From: Bugula neritina
Lineage: Eukaryota; Animalia; Bryozoa
Length of the DNA stretch: 64,000 nt
Assembly (NCBI GenBank): GCA_964035545.1
Contig: OZ037769.1
Span: 11,128,633-11,192,632 of the forward strand
Direction of reading: 5' to 3'
Part shown: one piece after another, positions 39,822 through 51,700 of the stretch
Position numbering within the stretch: the first letter of the stretch is position 1
How the letters are laid out: each line of letters starts with the position of its first letter
Translations under genes and position numbers: made by a program
Notes under the pieces: model-generated
The model's input: only the letters and a program-made list of their open reading frames with translations
Database searches by the model: none
Told to the model about the DNA's origin: nothing

Positions 39822-40031
39822 TGTAATGTGCATGACATTGCATCATGCAGTTGTGTAACCGTTTTGTAAATATTATTATAGCTGTTGTGTGGTTTTCCTT
39901 TATGTCCTAAATTCCTTCATCTTTGTGGTTTATATAATATATGTTGTCTGTCTTAGAAATGTGTTCGTAGTGATTAGTTGTGCTTTCAAAATAAAGATAT
40001 TTCAGTGAACTTTAAGTATAATATTATTACA
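39822..40031 (+). repeat. 3' LTR of element 2
   Basis: 210-bp direct repeat, identical by eye to the 5' LTR. Confidence 0.97.
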
Positions 40032-40647
40032 ATAATAACATTCATATAACATCAATTTTAATCATAATCATAATGATTTGCCAATAAGAAATATAATTAT
40101 ACTTCATGTTTATGGTATGTTAATACCTTCATAATGTCTAATTTTATCAAACTACTACAATTAGCAAATTAGTATTCATATTCACTCTAATATTCAGCAT
40201 TGAAAAAATAATGAGCTGCTATTTAATAATTACTATTAGTATTAGTAATTAAAATTAGTATCACTATCAGTATTACTACAACTATTAAAATAGTAATAGT
40301 AACACGAACGGAAATAGTACTACTATTACTGTACTATGTCTACTAGCATTAGAGTTAGTATTACTATTAGTATTACTATTAGTATTAGTATTAGCGTTAC
40401 AAAATCAAAATGAAAATGATTAAACTCCAACTGAAACTGAGTTTCGTAAAACGCTTGTTAATGTTATTAATTATTAGTGAGCTGTTGGGTGCAAATATTA
40501 GTAGTACTAAAGCTCTTACTCGGTTTCTTTCCAGTTATCACAAGCTTAAATATGACAATAATTATAGTAATTTTAGTTTTTGTAACATAAATTAAAATTT
40601 AATGTAAAGTTGCTGTTGAGCACACGCCAGGTTTGAACGAATCAGTC

Positions 40648-40809
40648 TATAAGCAGCTCCGCGTTGGGGGTGATTGAGTGCAACAGTTTAAAATTCTCGC
40701 GTTTGGAGTTGGGGGTTCCAAATCCATGTGCCAACTCGATCCCTAACTTCAAACTCAATAATTCTAAGCTACTGCATTCATTCACACCCCCAACTCGGAG
40801 CTGCCTATA
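40648..40809. mobile_element. MITE-like foldback element (~160 bp)
   Basis: Imperfect inverted arms of ~65 bp, TATAAGCAGCTCCGCGTTGGGGGTG... / ...CACCCCCAACTCGGAGCTGCCTATA, flanked by TA/TATA. Confidence 0.75.
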
Positions 40810-41395
40810 AAACATTTCGTTTTTTGAACGCCTTTTAAAATTAGCTGGAGCTCCAATATGCAGCTTTAGCTATAAGAAATTATAATCGATATATTCCACT
40901 CCATATAGGTTTTCATTTGACTAGACACGTCAGCTAAGTTTTTGACCCACGTGTTCAGCGATTGGTTTAGTTTGTGGCATGAAAAGACAACTCCATGCTT
41001 ATTCACAATGCTTGCAGAACTAGCATTATTATTTATCATTATTTTTAGACTTCAGTAACTCATGTAAGGCAGGCAACGAATAGTTCATCACTTACAATTT
41101 TAACTTTAAGAATACAAACATGGCTGCACATGCTGTATAACTAATACATACATACCACGGTATATTATCATAATTATTCGCCTTCCTAGAAAAATATTGG
41201 ATTGCCTGTTTCCAACCACCAACAGTCAGTTGATGCCATAATTTGGTAAACAAAAGTGTATTATGTTATTAATAATACAATTAAAATCTATTTGCATTCA
41301 TGCATGTTAACATACAATAAAAATAGGCTTATATTATTTTGAGCTGTTGGCCATGATTTCCAAAATCTATGTTGGTTTGGCACATACTGTAAAGC

Positions 41396-41670
41396 AGGGG
41401 TGTCCAATTTTTTGTAGCGAGGGCCACTTAAAAATTGTAAAATTTAGCTTGGGCTGGGGGCCACAGCATTAGCAGTTTTCAAATTATATTATTTCAAATT
41501 CCTAATAATCATTACACAATAAAGTCTCAATAATTACTGCAGGCTGCTTGTTTTTAGCATATATTAAAATAAAACGTTTAAAAGATGGTTTTTCTACTCT
41601 AATTAATATATGTGTGCAAAATAATTTAATCTGTTATGCCTATGAGGGCCAGATAAATATAGGCCGTAGA
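41396..41670. mobile_element. Remnant of a hAT-like non-autonomous DNA transposon
   Basis: Begins CAGGGGTGTCCAA (hAT/Charlie-type terminus) with GGGCCA subterminal motifs; the right TIR was not found. Confidence 0.4.
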
Positions 41671-42702
41671 GTGTGTATGGAAGGTAAAGAAGTTGTTTAC
41701 ATTCAAATACATTAATTATATAGCAACAAAACCAAACTTTAATGTAACCTAGCCATGTGTATTATTTAAATCTAGGATTGTAGGCATGATGCAGCAGCAC
41801 AATACAATATATACCTGTACTACAAAAAGGCTTGCACAAACACAGGAATCTGCACAAAGGTAAACTGCAAACTAATATTTTACTGCAATAAAAGCTGTTT
41901 GTGCTCCATTATATATATAAATACAAAAGACAACAGACAAAAAGGTGGAGGGAAATAAATTTTAAAAAGACCTATTTGAGCATTTTGAAAAGAAGTTGCT
42001 AAATATTAAAAATAGTCTCTATCACACAAGAATAGCAATATAAAAGCTAATAAAAATAGAAACATAGAGTATATACTGTGAGAGCGACAGGAAACAAATA
42101 GCACTACAAAGGTGTAAAACTGGGGAAATATTTTTATAAATAAATAACTTTTTACTCAATACTAACAATTGGTGCACATAATATGAGATAAGTGTACATT
42201 ATTAAAGTATATAAAAAATACACAAGTCATCAGTGGGGGGGGGGGGTTGAACCCTAATGCTTAGCGGTGTGCAGTGAGATTTTATTCACTGTACCACCAG
42301 ATCAAGTAAAAGTTCAGTCTAGCTAGGCAAAGCCTCCCTCGGCTTATAACTTATTAACTTTAACTAACATGAAACAAGATAGCAGTAAAGTTGAAAATAC
42401 AAGCTGCAGAAAGTATAGTGGCGGAGAGCAGCTTCATTATAACCACAACAAACAGTTAGTTTATGATATATCTGGCAGGTTATAACACTAGTCAACTATT
42501 GGGATGGGTTGTGGCTGCATTAGATTTGTCACATTAGTATACATACTACGAATGTCACTAGCCGTATTGTACGTATATATTACTAGCATATTGTAGCTGT
42601 ATTACTAGTGTATATCACTAGTGTATTGTCTATATAATAGAACTACTTCACATGGACTTTACATCATCAGTCCTCAGCTGATTGCTGAACGAATCCTGCA
42701 CT

Positions 42703-45700
42703 TCAGCTATTGTCTACTTCATATCTAATCCTGTCCAGTAATGTCATGTTACCAGACGACAGCTTCCTCTGCATATCGGCGTATGCTTTCTGTTTCGCTT
42801 CTTTTTCCTCCTTGATTCGAGTTTCCTTTCTCAAGTCAGCAACTGAGTCGCTGTCACTCTCATCATCCTCTCTGTGTCTAGACACAGCTCGTCTCTCCTT
42901 ATCATCTACCCATGAAGAATCCTCATCTTTTCTATTAAAACACATGGAGAGTAAATAAATCAAAATTACAACCAGCTTTTTTTATGAAAATCTCATTTTA
43001 ATAATGACCTTTATGATATAATTAAATCTGTATCCAATAATTTTTCTACATATTCAAAAACATCACAACTGTTTTCTGCAGCAAAATGTACATAAGTAAA
43101 TTAGTATTGATGGTGCAATCTTAAAGCAGAGAGGCCCGATTACATATTTATGCAGTATTACAACTTGCAAAACTATCTTGGCTACAACCCAAATACGACA
43201 CCAGAGTTGTCTACCCAATTGAATAGAATATAATACATTCAGTACACACATGTCCAGCTAGTCACTATCAAAGTCATCATGATTAGATACAGAAGTTACC
43301 ATGGCAATTATATAATCAATTTGAATTTGATACTGTGTAGTTAATGATTGTGGGTGACTGTTAGACTGATTCTTGTATTAATTTATAAATTCATACAGCT
43401 GAAACAATATGATATTATATTGATATAACTAGTTCACCAGGTGTCAGAGTTAATCCGAATCTTTATTAAAATATTTGAGTGAATCATTAAGTATCAAAAA
43501 TGATTATTTCGATCTTACATTGTTCAATCTCACAACAAGGAGTAACTTTGATGTTTAATACATGCGACATGGTAGCCTTAATTGTCTTCTCAATTAGCAG
43601 TATGTATAGCATGTGTTCCAAACTTTTAAACTACCTCAGTGATTAATGTGTATTGCAGCAGCTAAGAGCAACATGTAACAGCAGCCATTAGGGTTTTTAT
43701 GTCTAATTATCACTGAGCCAAAAGCAAATTTAGCAGCAGATGTTTCAGAAATAATTTAAAGCATGTCCGCAGAAAATGTGCTATAAAATCAATTTTCTTG
43801 GGAATACAACTCTAGAAAAATATTCATGCTGTAGCTAAAATATTTCTGCAGATTTTAAAAGAACATGAAGTTTATTAGGCAGCCCTAAGTTTAGGCAGCA
43901 TAAATATTCTACAACAGCCATTGCAACCCACCCTCCAATTAGCAAGGATTCTAGGCTAGTTCTTTTGCCTTCTAGATTATTGATACAGGTACGGAGGAAG
44001 TTAGCAATGTCATCGTGTCCATTATTTTCAGCCATGTCTACTGGCGTCCGTCCAAAATCATCCTCAACACTGAGTCGCGCCCGGTTAGCCACCAGCCACC
44101 GGCATGTCTCCATATTACCACTAAAACATCCATATAATAGCACATGTTAATATACATAGTAGCTTCTCCCAAGTTATGTGTAAAACGTCACAGGAGAAAT
44201 AAGCTACCAATAAAAATATAAAATGTGGTCAGCAAAATAATCAACAAGTGAGCTGAATATAAATTATACCTCCAACTGCTAGCAGGTTTTAGCTACCAAA
44301 ACTCACACGATTTACAATTTGAGCATTAGAGTGGGCGCTGACAAGTGTTATCATATATCTATATTATAATTTAAATGATTCCAATTTCCTATTTTTAGCA
44401 AAGGTAACAATTTTAGTCAGGCAAAACTTCGTAAGCAAGGATGAATTAGAGAAAAGTATGCATAAGATGCACACCAGGAAAAATGACAAAACAAAACTAC
44501 ATAAATAAAAATATGTAGGGAATAAGAAGTAAAGGAGCAAAAGGTGCTAATGTATACACAACACGACAATGTATAATAAATAAAAACTAAACTAAATACT
44601 TTTGTGGCCAGAATTGTGCAGAAAAAAATCCCCTCATAATTTAGATGAAGCAGCTAGAGCAAGCGTGACAAGAGCAACACCATAACATCTTTCTAGTCAC
44701 AACACATTTGCTATTACTACTTTGACCCAACTAATCATCATATACCTCATGGCAGCCAGGTGTAGAGGGGTCTTGTTGTCATCAGTCTGACTGTTGATGG
44801 AGGCCCCCATAGCCACCAGCACCATCAAACAGTTCACATGGCCATGCATGGCTGCTCGGTGACACGGCTCGTAACCAGCTTGGTCCCGGATGTCTAGTGC
44901 TGCCCCGGTGGCTGCCAGGAACTGAACTACATCCTTGTTACCATGGTTACTAGCCAAATGCAGCGCAGTGTTCCCTCGATCATCTACGGCACTACAACAC
45001 GCACGTACAATGTAGTACTCCGGTATACAAGTCTTCAAATACAGACGTGGATGCAGTTTATAGGAAACACTGAATATTGGTTAATGAGTTGGTCAGATCT
45101 AGCTGACAATATCCAGTCTATGTTAGAGATAAACATCAGAGATAACGCAGACAAGGGTGTTGTGAATTTATATTCCTATCAATCATATTGTCCAACAGTA
45201 CTTAGGTAAGTGAATTAGTGTAATTTACTCGTAAGCAATCTTTGAAATAAAATTATTAGATTGATAAAACAACACCTTAAATATGCAGTCTATGTTATTC
45301 CTAAAATTTGAATCTAAATTTCTTCACGAAGTCATGGGTTCGAACCCTGACAAAGGCCATTGGTGATGTTAGGAAGAGCATCCAGTCAAAATTGCTCCTG
45401 TGCTACATATGAAAAAGTCCTTAACAAAAACTCTTTCCATTAGGGTTCTCACAGGGATAGCGACTATAAACTTGGGTGAGTTTTTTTATAGTAGATAATT
45501 TTACATCACAAAGCAAGGTGAAAGTCTGGCAAGTTAAACGAATCACTCTCTTATTTTTTACACACACTGTGATACCCAAATACCCATTACCAAGAAGCTT
45601 GAGAAATATTCAATTTATCCAACTCTAAGCAATTACAGTTTCAAAATATGATGCCTGGCAAAAGTGAACAAGACAGTCAAATAGTTTTAAGCAGTTTTCA

Positions 45701-48700
45701 AATATGAAAAATACAATTTAACAATTTTTTACTTAAACATCTTTAAAACTTTTTTTTCTTTTGCATATAACTCTATATATGTAAATTGCAACGCCTCGAG
45801 TGATGTCCAAAAAAAAGATGCCACAATTCATGACTACATGCTATAGTCAATACATACTCTTGCAGTTCTCTGTTGTAATCCAGAAGTTCCTTCACTCTGG
45901 TTATGTTACCAGACTTTGCTGCCTGGTGAATAGTTGGTCCCTTCATGATGTCATTAGTGTGCAACGTCTCTTGCTGTTTAGCTTTATCCTGTTCAAGTCG
46001 CTGTCTCTCCCTCTCTGCCCTTTGCCCTGCCTAAAGACATCAATGTAGGGTACGTAGACGTCAATGCAGTGATCTATCTGTATCATATCGACAGAGTATA
46101 AATATGATATTTTCTCCACATCACATATAGTACATTATGAACATAGAAATAGTATCAAAGACATAAAATAGGCAGTAGAAAGTTATAGAACAGCATAATG
46201 GTGCAATAATCATTAAGATGTCTAGTACTACCTGCTATATTTGAATTTTTAATTTTACTTTTACCACAAAATTATGGTAAAACTAAAATTAAAAATTACC
46301 ATAACATTTTAAAATTAAAGATTCTGAAAACATGAGTAAATTGTGTATTGATCACACTAAATAAGGTCTTGATCATACTGGTTGAGAATACGATACTCGG
46401 AATACAAGAAACATGTGGGTGAGAGTAGGTATACCTTAAACGCTTCCAATCTATCTTGATCAGTAGATGTATTCTGTGAAAGAACTGATTGTTCTTCAAA
46501 TATAGCCGTATGATCCTCACTTCCTGTAAGTGTAGATTCGCTCCTCCTACTTCCTGTAGATCGTTTGGCAGAGTGTAGAGTGACGTCTGATTCAAAGTCC
46601 TCGATGTTACTGGGTGACCGCCGGCCACGAGGCTCTCTCTAAACACAAACAGAAGAGATATTTCCTTGAGATGTGGGAGTTTGCTTCATTTTTAATTTTT
46701 TGCTTCATTTTTCCTTGTTTGCTTTCATTCTTAGCAATAAACTGCTACACCTAAACTACTAGTGCTACTGCAGCACTAAACATATTACCTCTCTGAATAA
46801 CTATCAACGTTGGTAATGTTACTAAGCAGTAAGCCTATTGCTACTACAACCTAATCAACTTCACCACTATTGTGCTATGCTTTGTTCATGCAAGGGCAAA
46901 ACAAACAGCAGTAGACAATTTTCACAAGTTTGATCTCTGTAATTTAGTTTTTAGGAGTTGGCTTCTTTTTCAGGGACCAAAGTATAAAATTATGGTAAAA
47001 GAAAATTAAAAATAATTAAATCATCATATGCCTTTTTAGCTTTAGCACAAACACATTAGTTTCAGTACTGATATATGACTAGTTAAACTAATTGACACGA
47101 ATTCGCTTGTCTAAAGACAAATTCAAAAATGTCAAGGCATTAGTTTGCTTAGTAGAGTGAACAGTGCTATTCTTCCCCGCATTGCCAAATTAAAGGGTGG
47201 GTTCCCAGAATTAAAGGGTGGGGTCCCAGATTGAAGGTTGATGGTGAACCTATTAGGAGCTAGGTGAAAATAAGACAACTTACTGTCTTATCTGATGACT
47301 GAACAGCAAAGGGTTCTTGCTTTCGAACTTGTTTTCGGTCAGAAGCTGGCAAAGACGGGGCAGTTGAAGAATCACTCGGCAGCGAAACACCCGTCTCATT
47401 CCGTGACTCGCTGCTTTGAGTTGTGCCATTCCGTAGATGAGTAGAAGAGACAGTAGAGCTGTGTGAGCCGGAGACTGAAAACAGGAGCCACCCTCGTTGG
47501 TGATTTACAAACTACACTATTTTATACGGATCTAACATGCAGTCTAGAGCATTTTACAACACCATATTAGCTTTATACACATATTTATCTGGTTAGCTAA
47601 AAGTACGTAAAGAGCTAGAAATTTAGAAATATACCTGTAGAATGTCGAGGAGTATTTATTTTTGTAACACTCTCAATAGCCTCAGCATCTTCTCCGTCAT
47701 CAAGTTCTTCCTCTTCCTTTTCATCAACACCATCATCTAAAGTAACAAGTGATACGAATTCTTGACTGGTAAACAGTAGGATAAAGCAGAAGCTAGATTT
47801 AATTCAAAAATTAAATTAATTAAAAAAATTAAAAATAATTAAAAATTCACAAAGTAATATAAAATTATTGTAGTCTGATGAGTTGGTCAAGAAAGTGAGT
47901 GTTTTCAGAATATTCAATAATTGGGTCACTACTTCAACAATAAAGTCACTACTCTAACTAGAAAATGATGTGTAGACTAAAAAAATTTAAATATTGCCAT
48001 TTTCTACAGAGTAAACCCAGAACAGTTACACACCTTTTTCTAATTTCCTGAAAGCTGATACAGAGAGTTCCCTTCGAGTCATCTTATCATCAGACATGAC
48101 AGCCAGCCACTTCTTGCACAGGAATTCATAGACTTCCTCTCTATGCTTATCATATACTGACACACTGTCCAGAAACCATGACTCATCTACACGAATGCAG
48201 ACATTAGCAAATACAATACAGCCACATATTGTAAAACCTTCAAATCTCTATGACCTGCATGTCGCTAAGAACTACCAGAACAAGTTTGCGCTGAAAAAGT
48301 TGAATAGGGAATCAGTAATGAAATGGTGAAAGTCTTATACCTTGCACTTCTGCTGTAAACAAAAACTTTGAAACAAGTTTGATGATTCTAAAAGGCGCAA
48401 CATTTGGCACACTGTAGAGGGATGTTCTATAGCGTGTGGTAAAACTGACATTTCTCAAAATATGTAATATGCTACAACTTATGCGATATGTAATGTAATA
48501 TGTTTATTCTCTCTATCTTGTAATATCCTTCCTCCATCTCGTAATATACTTACTCTCTCCATCATATAATATACTTATTCTTTATATCATATAACATACT
48601 TACTCTATCATATAATATACTTACTCTATCATATAATATACTTACTCTATCATATAATATACTTACTTTCACTATCATGGCCAATCGCCACCTTCTTCAG

Positions 48701-51700
48701 GCTACCCACAAAGCTACAACGCACATGAAATATGTCTGTAGCATTCTGCTGAAATGGCACCTTGTGGTTCTCACACTTCTCCAGTAGGAGCTCAGGTGAC
48801 CGACCTCTGTTACCAAACAGTACCACGTGCACCGGCACCTTAATACTGGCTCCTATAGCACTGCCCGTCTTCACCACAATCTTATAGAGAGCTGACTCAG
48901 TCTCTCCGTCATACAGTACATTCTCAGACTACAAGTAAAATATGACGTTCAGTAAAATATTATGCTGCTGGCATACACTGAAACTATACGAAGAGCTTCC
49001 TGACTAACTGTCTAAACTCCATAAATAAAGGAAGTAGTTTGCCAGAGAATAGAGTTGTCTTCTAATATTGAGAATCTTAGTGTTCAATTACACAAAACTT
49101 AGCAGCTTTAGTTTAAGCAACAGAACTAGTAAGTTACTAAATTATTTTCTTGTTTAAATTGATTTGAAAAGCAAGATATTGTTTACGTAACTTCAACGTA
49201 ATTCATTTATTATATATATTCACAAAATATTTTAAACTGAGAAGTAAAGTAACTTGGCCAAAACCTTCAAGAATCGATATAATACGAAACCCAATCCAAA
49301 GCCCAAGCTTTCGAATTCCAACCCGAAGTTTCACAATACACTTGGAACCTCTTTTTACACTAGATGAACAATTCCTTTACCGGTTATAAAAATTTTCTCA
49401 AAAGTATTACAAGTTTACCTGATCATACTGAACAAACAACTCCCAGCCCGTCTGACAACCTCTATCCTCGTAGTAAGCATCTTCACTCCCCTCCGACCCA
49501 CTCTCATCTATATTCACTTCCTCAAAACTTCCCTCCGACAGAGTGACGTGAGACTCAGCATCTCCGTCCTGACCCGAGTGCTTACCAGCCCTCTTTGCTG
49601 ACTTGGGGCGTAACCGTACGCCTTCCCTTTTAGACACATCTTCTGACCTATAACATAACAACACTAAATCAACAAACGCACAGTTAGAAAATACTAATCC
49701 ATATTATGCTGATTTGCAAATAAGTGCAAGGTTGGTGACATTTATATTACATGCTTTAGCTTGCATATAGTAGTTTAACATGCTTGTACAGGACAGGCAT
49801 ATAGTAGTTTAACATGCTTGTACAGGACAGGCGTATATTATGTGCTAATTTTGAAACCCAAAACAGCAGCTAAAGCATGGCACTTTTAGAACTAGTTATT
49901 GACCAACAGCAGTCAGCTTTTGTAACACTCACCTAGCTGTGTTGGGCTCAGAGATCTCTACAGATCTAACACTCACCTAGCTGTGTTAGGTTCAGAGATC
50001 TCTACAGATATAACACTCACCTAGCTGTGTTAGGTTCAGAGATCTCTACAGATCTAACACTCTGATTGTATGGCATTTTCTTTTCTTGAACATCTTGACG
50101 TCTCATTTGATTTCTAGAAACAGAAAGACTTTTATGACCAAATATATGACTGAATTTGATGAAGGGAATTCGGTAATTAAATATTTAGCTAATGCTGCGC
50201 TACCTTTCAGCTGCAGTTTCACCTTACCTGGCTGTACATTATCAGGTACAGTCATAATAATCATGATTTTAAGTAAAAAGGGTACAGGTAATAATGGCAC
50301 AAATGAAAAAATAGGTAAAAATGGCACACTGATTTTAAATTTGCCCAAAACCCAAACCCTAATATTAAAAAAGCACCATTTTTATCTACTTTTCAATTTT
50401 TCCCATTATCACCAGTGCCATTTTTACCTGTGTCATTTTTACTTGTGCCATTTTTACCTGTGCCAATTTCACCGGACACCGATAATCACAGGCAGCAGCA
50501 ACATTGATAGAAACAATTTCTGAGAAATTAATATCAAACAGAGAAATAGCTAGAGTTTGGGGGGTCTAAGTTCAAACACATTCAATATTTATATGCATAT
50601 ATATTTAATCCAACTACAAGAGCTGAACACCAAAGAAATATTGCCACGTGTGTGTATCCAGTATGCTGTGAAATAAAAAATATTCAAGGTCTATGCAAGA
50701 ATTGGCATAAACAGTACTGGGGGAGATAATTAAGTATAAATAGTAGCAGTGAAAGTCACACACAAATTCAGTATAGAATCTGAGAGTTAAGAAACATGGA
50801 AAGCAGGTCTAACCTAGGAGCAGGAAAGTATAAAACAGTACAGTTGCTCATCATTAGTTTATAAAGACACCAACTAAGACTGAAACAAAGTAGAGTACAT
50901 ATGTACAAATATATCTGTTCATACAATGGGTTGCGACAGTATAGAAAGAACTACTCTAAAATCTGCAGTAGAGTAAGGGGTGGTAAACAGGGACTCAAAC
51001 ATATTTGAACTGAGTTAACAGCCACAGCTAATACTGGGCATCTTTACCTAGCATGTTCTTCGTTGGTCTTCTCTACACCAACCAGCCTAACGGTAAGGCA
51101 AATGCATTGTAACCAATACATCTTAATGAAAACACCGATATGAATTGAAAGAAATTTACTGTAATAAAGTTTGAAACGATACGACACCAAATAGACTAGT
51201 AGTACTTTTTTATTATACCACTGGCTAAATCCTGTAGAGGAATACTGAGTAGCTAGCATGTTAAAAGCTATTCCACACTCTCAGTTATGTACATGTATAT
51301 ATTATACTTCTTTTTTTACTTTTATTTCTTTCTAATAAAAGTAAACTATATTAAAATTCTTTCATCCCTGTGGAAACACCTGAATTTGAGATCTGTTGTA
51401 GTACAGGAGCAATTATGACTGAATGCTTCCTCTAACATCACCACTAGCATTCACTGGGATTCAAACCACTGACCTCATGTTTACTAAACCAGCGCTCTAA
51501 CCCCTAGACCACGGCTGCTCCTTAGCGTTTAAACTCCTATAGCTATCTTAATATACGCTACACCACGCAGCCATTAACACCTACTTCAACCAATCAGGAA
51601 CTTTGCCTTCTTCAGCCTCTGGCCCTTGCCCGGTGAGTTGAGCGCTGTGACGCCTCTCCAAATACTCTTCCTCATTTTTCACTCTATGGGGCACAGGCTT

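Larger units (their letters stand above)
35762..40031 (+). mobile_element. Intact compact (4270 bp) LTR retrotransposon of an atypical PR-RT-RH-IN lineage
   Basis: Identical 210-bp LTRs (35762-35971, 39822-40031) with TGTAAT...ATTACA ends; 5-bp TSD ATAAT (35757-35761 / 40032-40036); PPT AGGGGGAAA before the 3' LTR; uninterrupted gag and pol. Confidence 0.97.

Noticed and set aside
51440-51520. Possible tRNA gene
   Set aside because: A/B boxes are present, but no acceptor stem closes and the sequence continues into a dispersed repeat body, so it is a SINE head.
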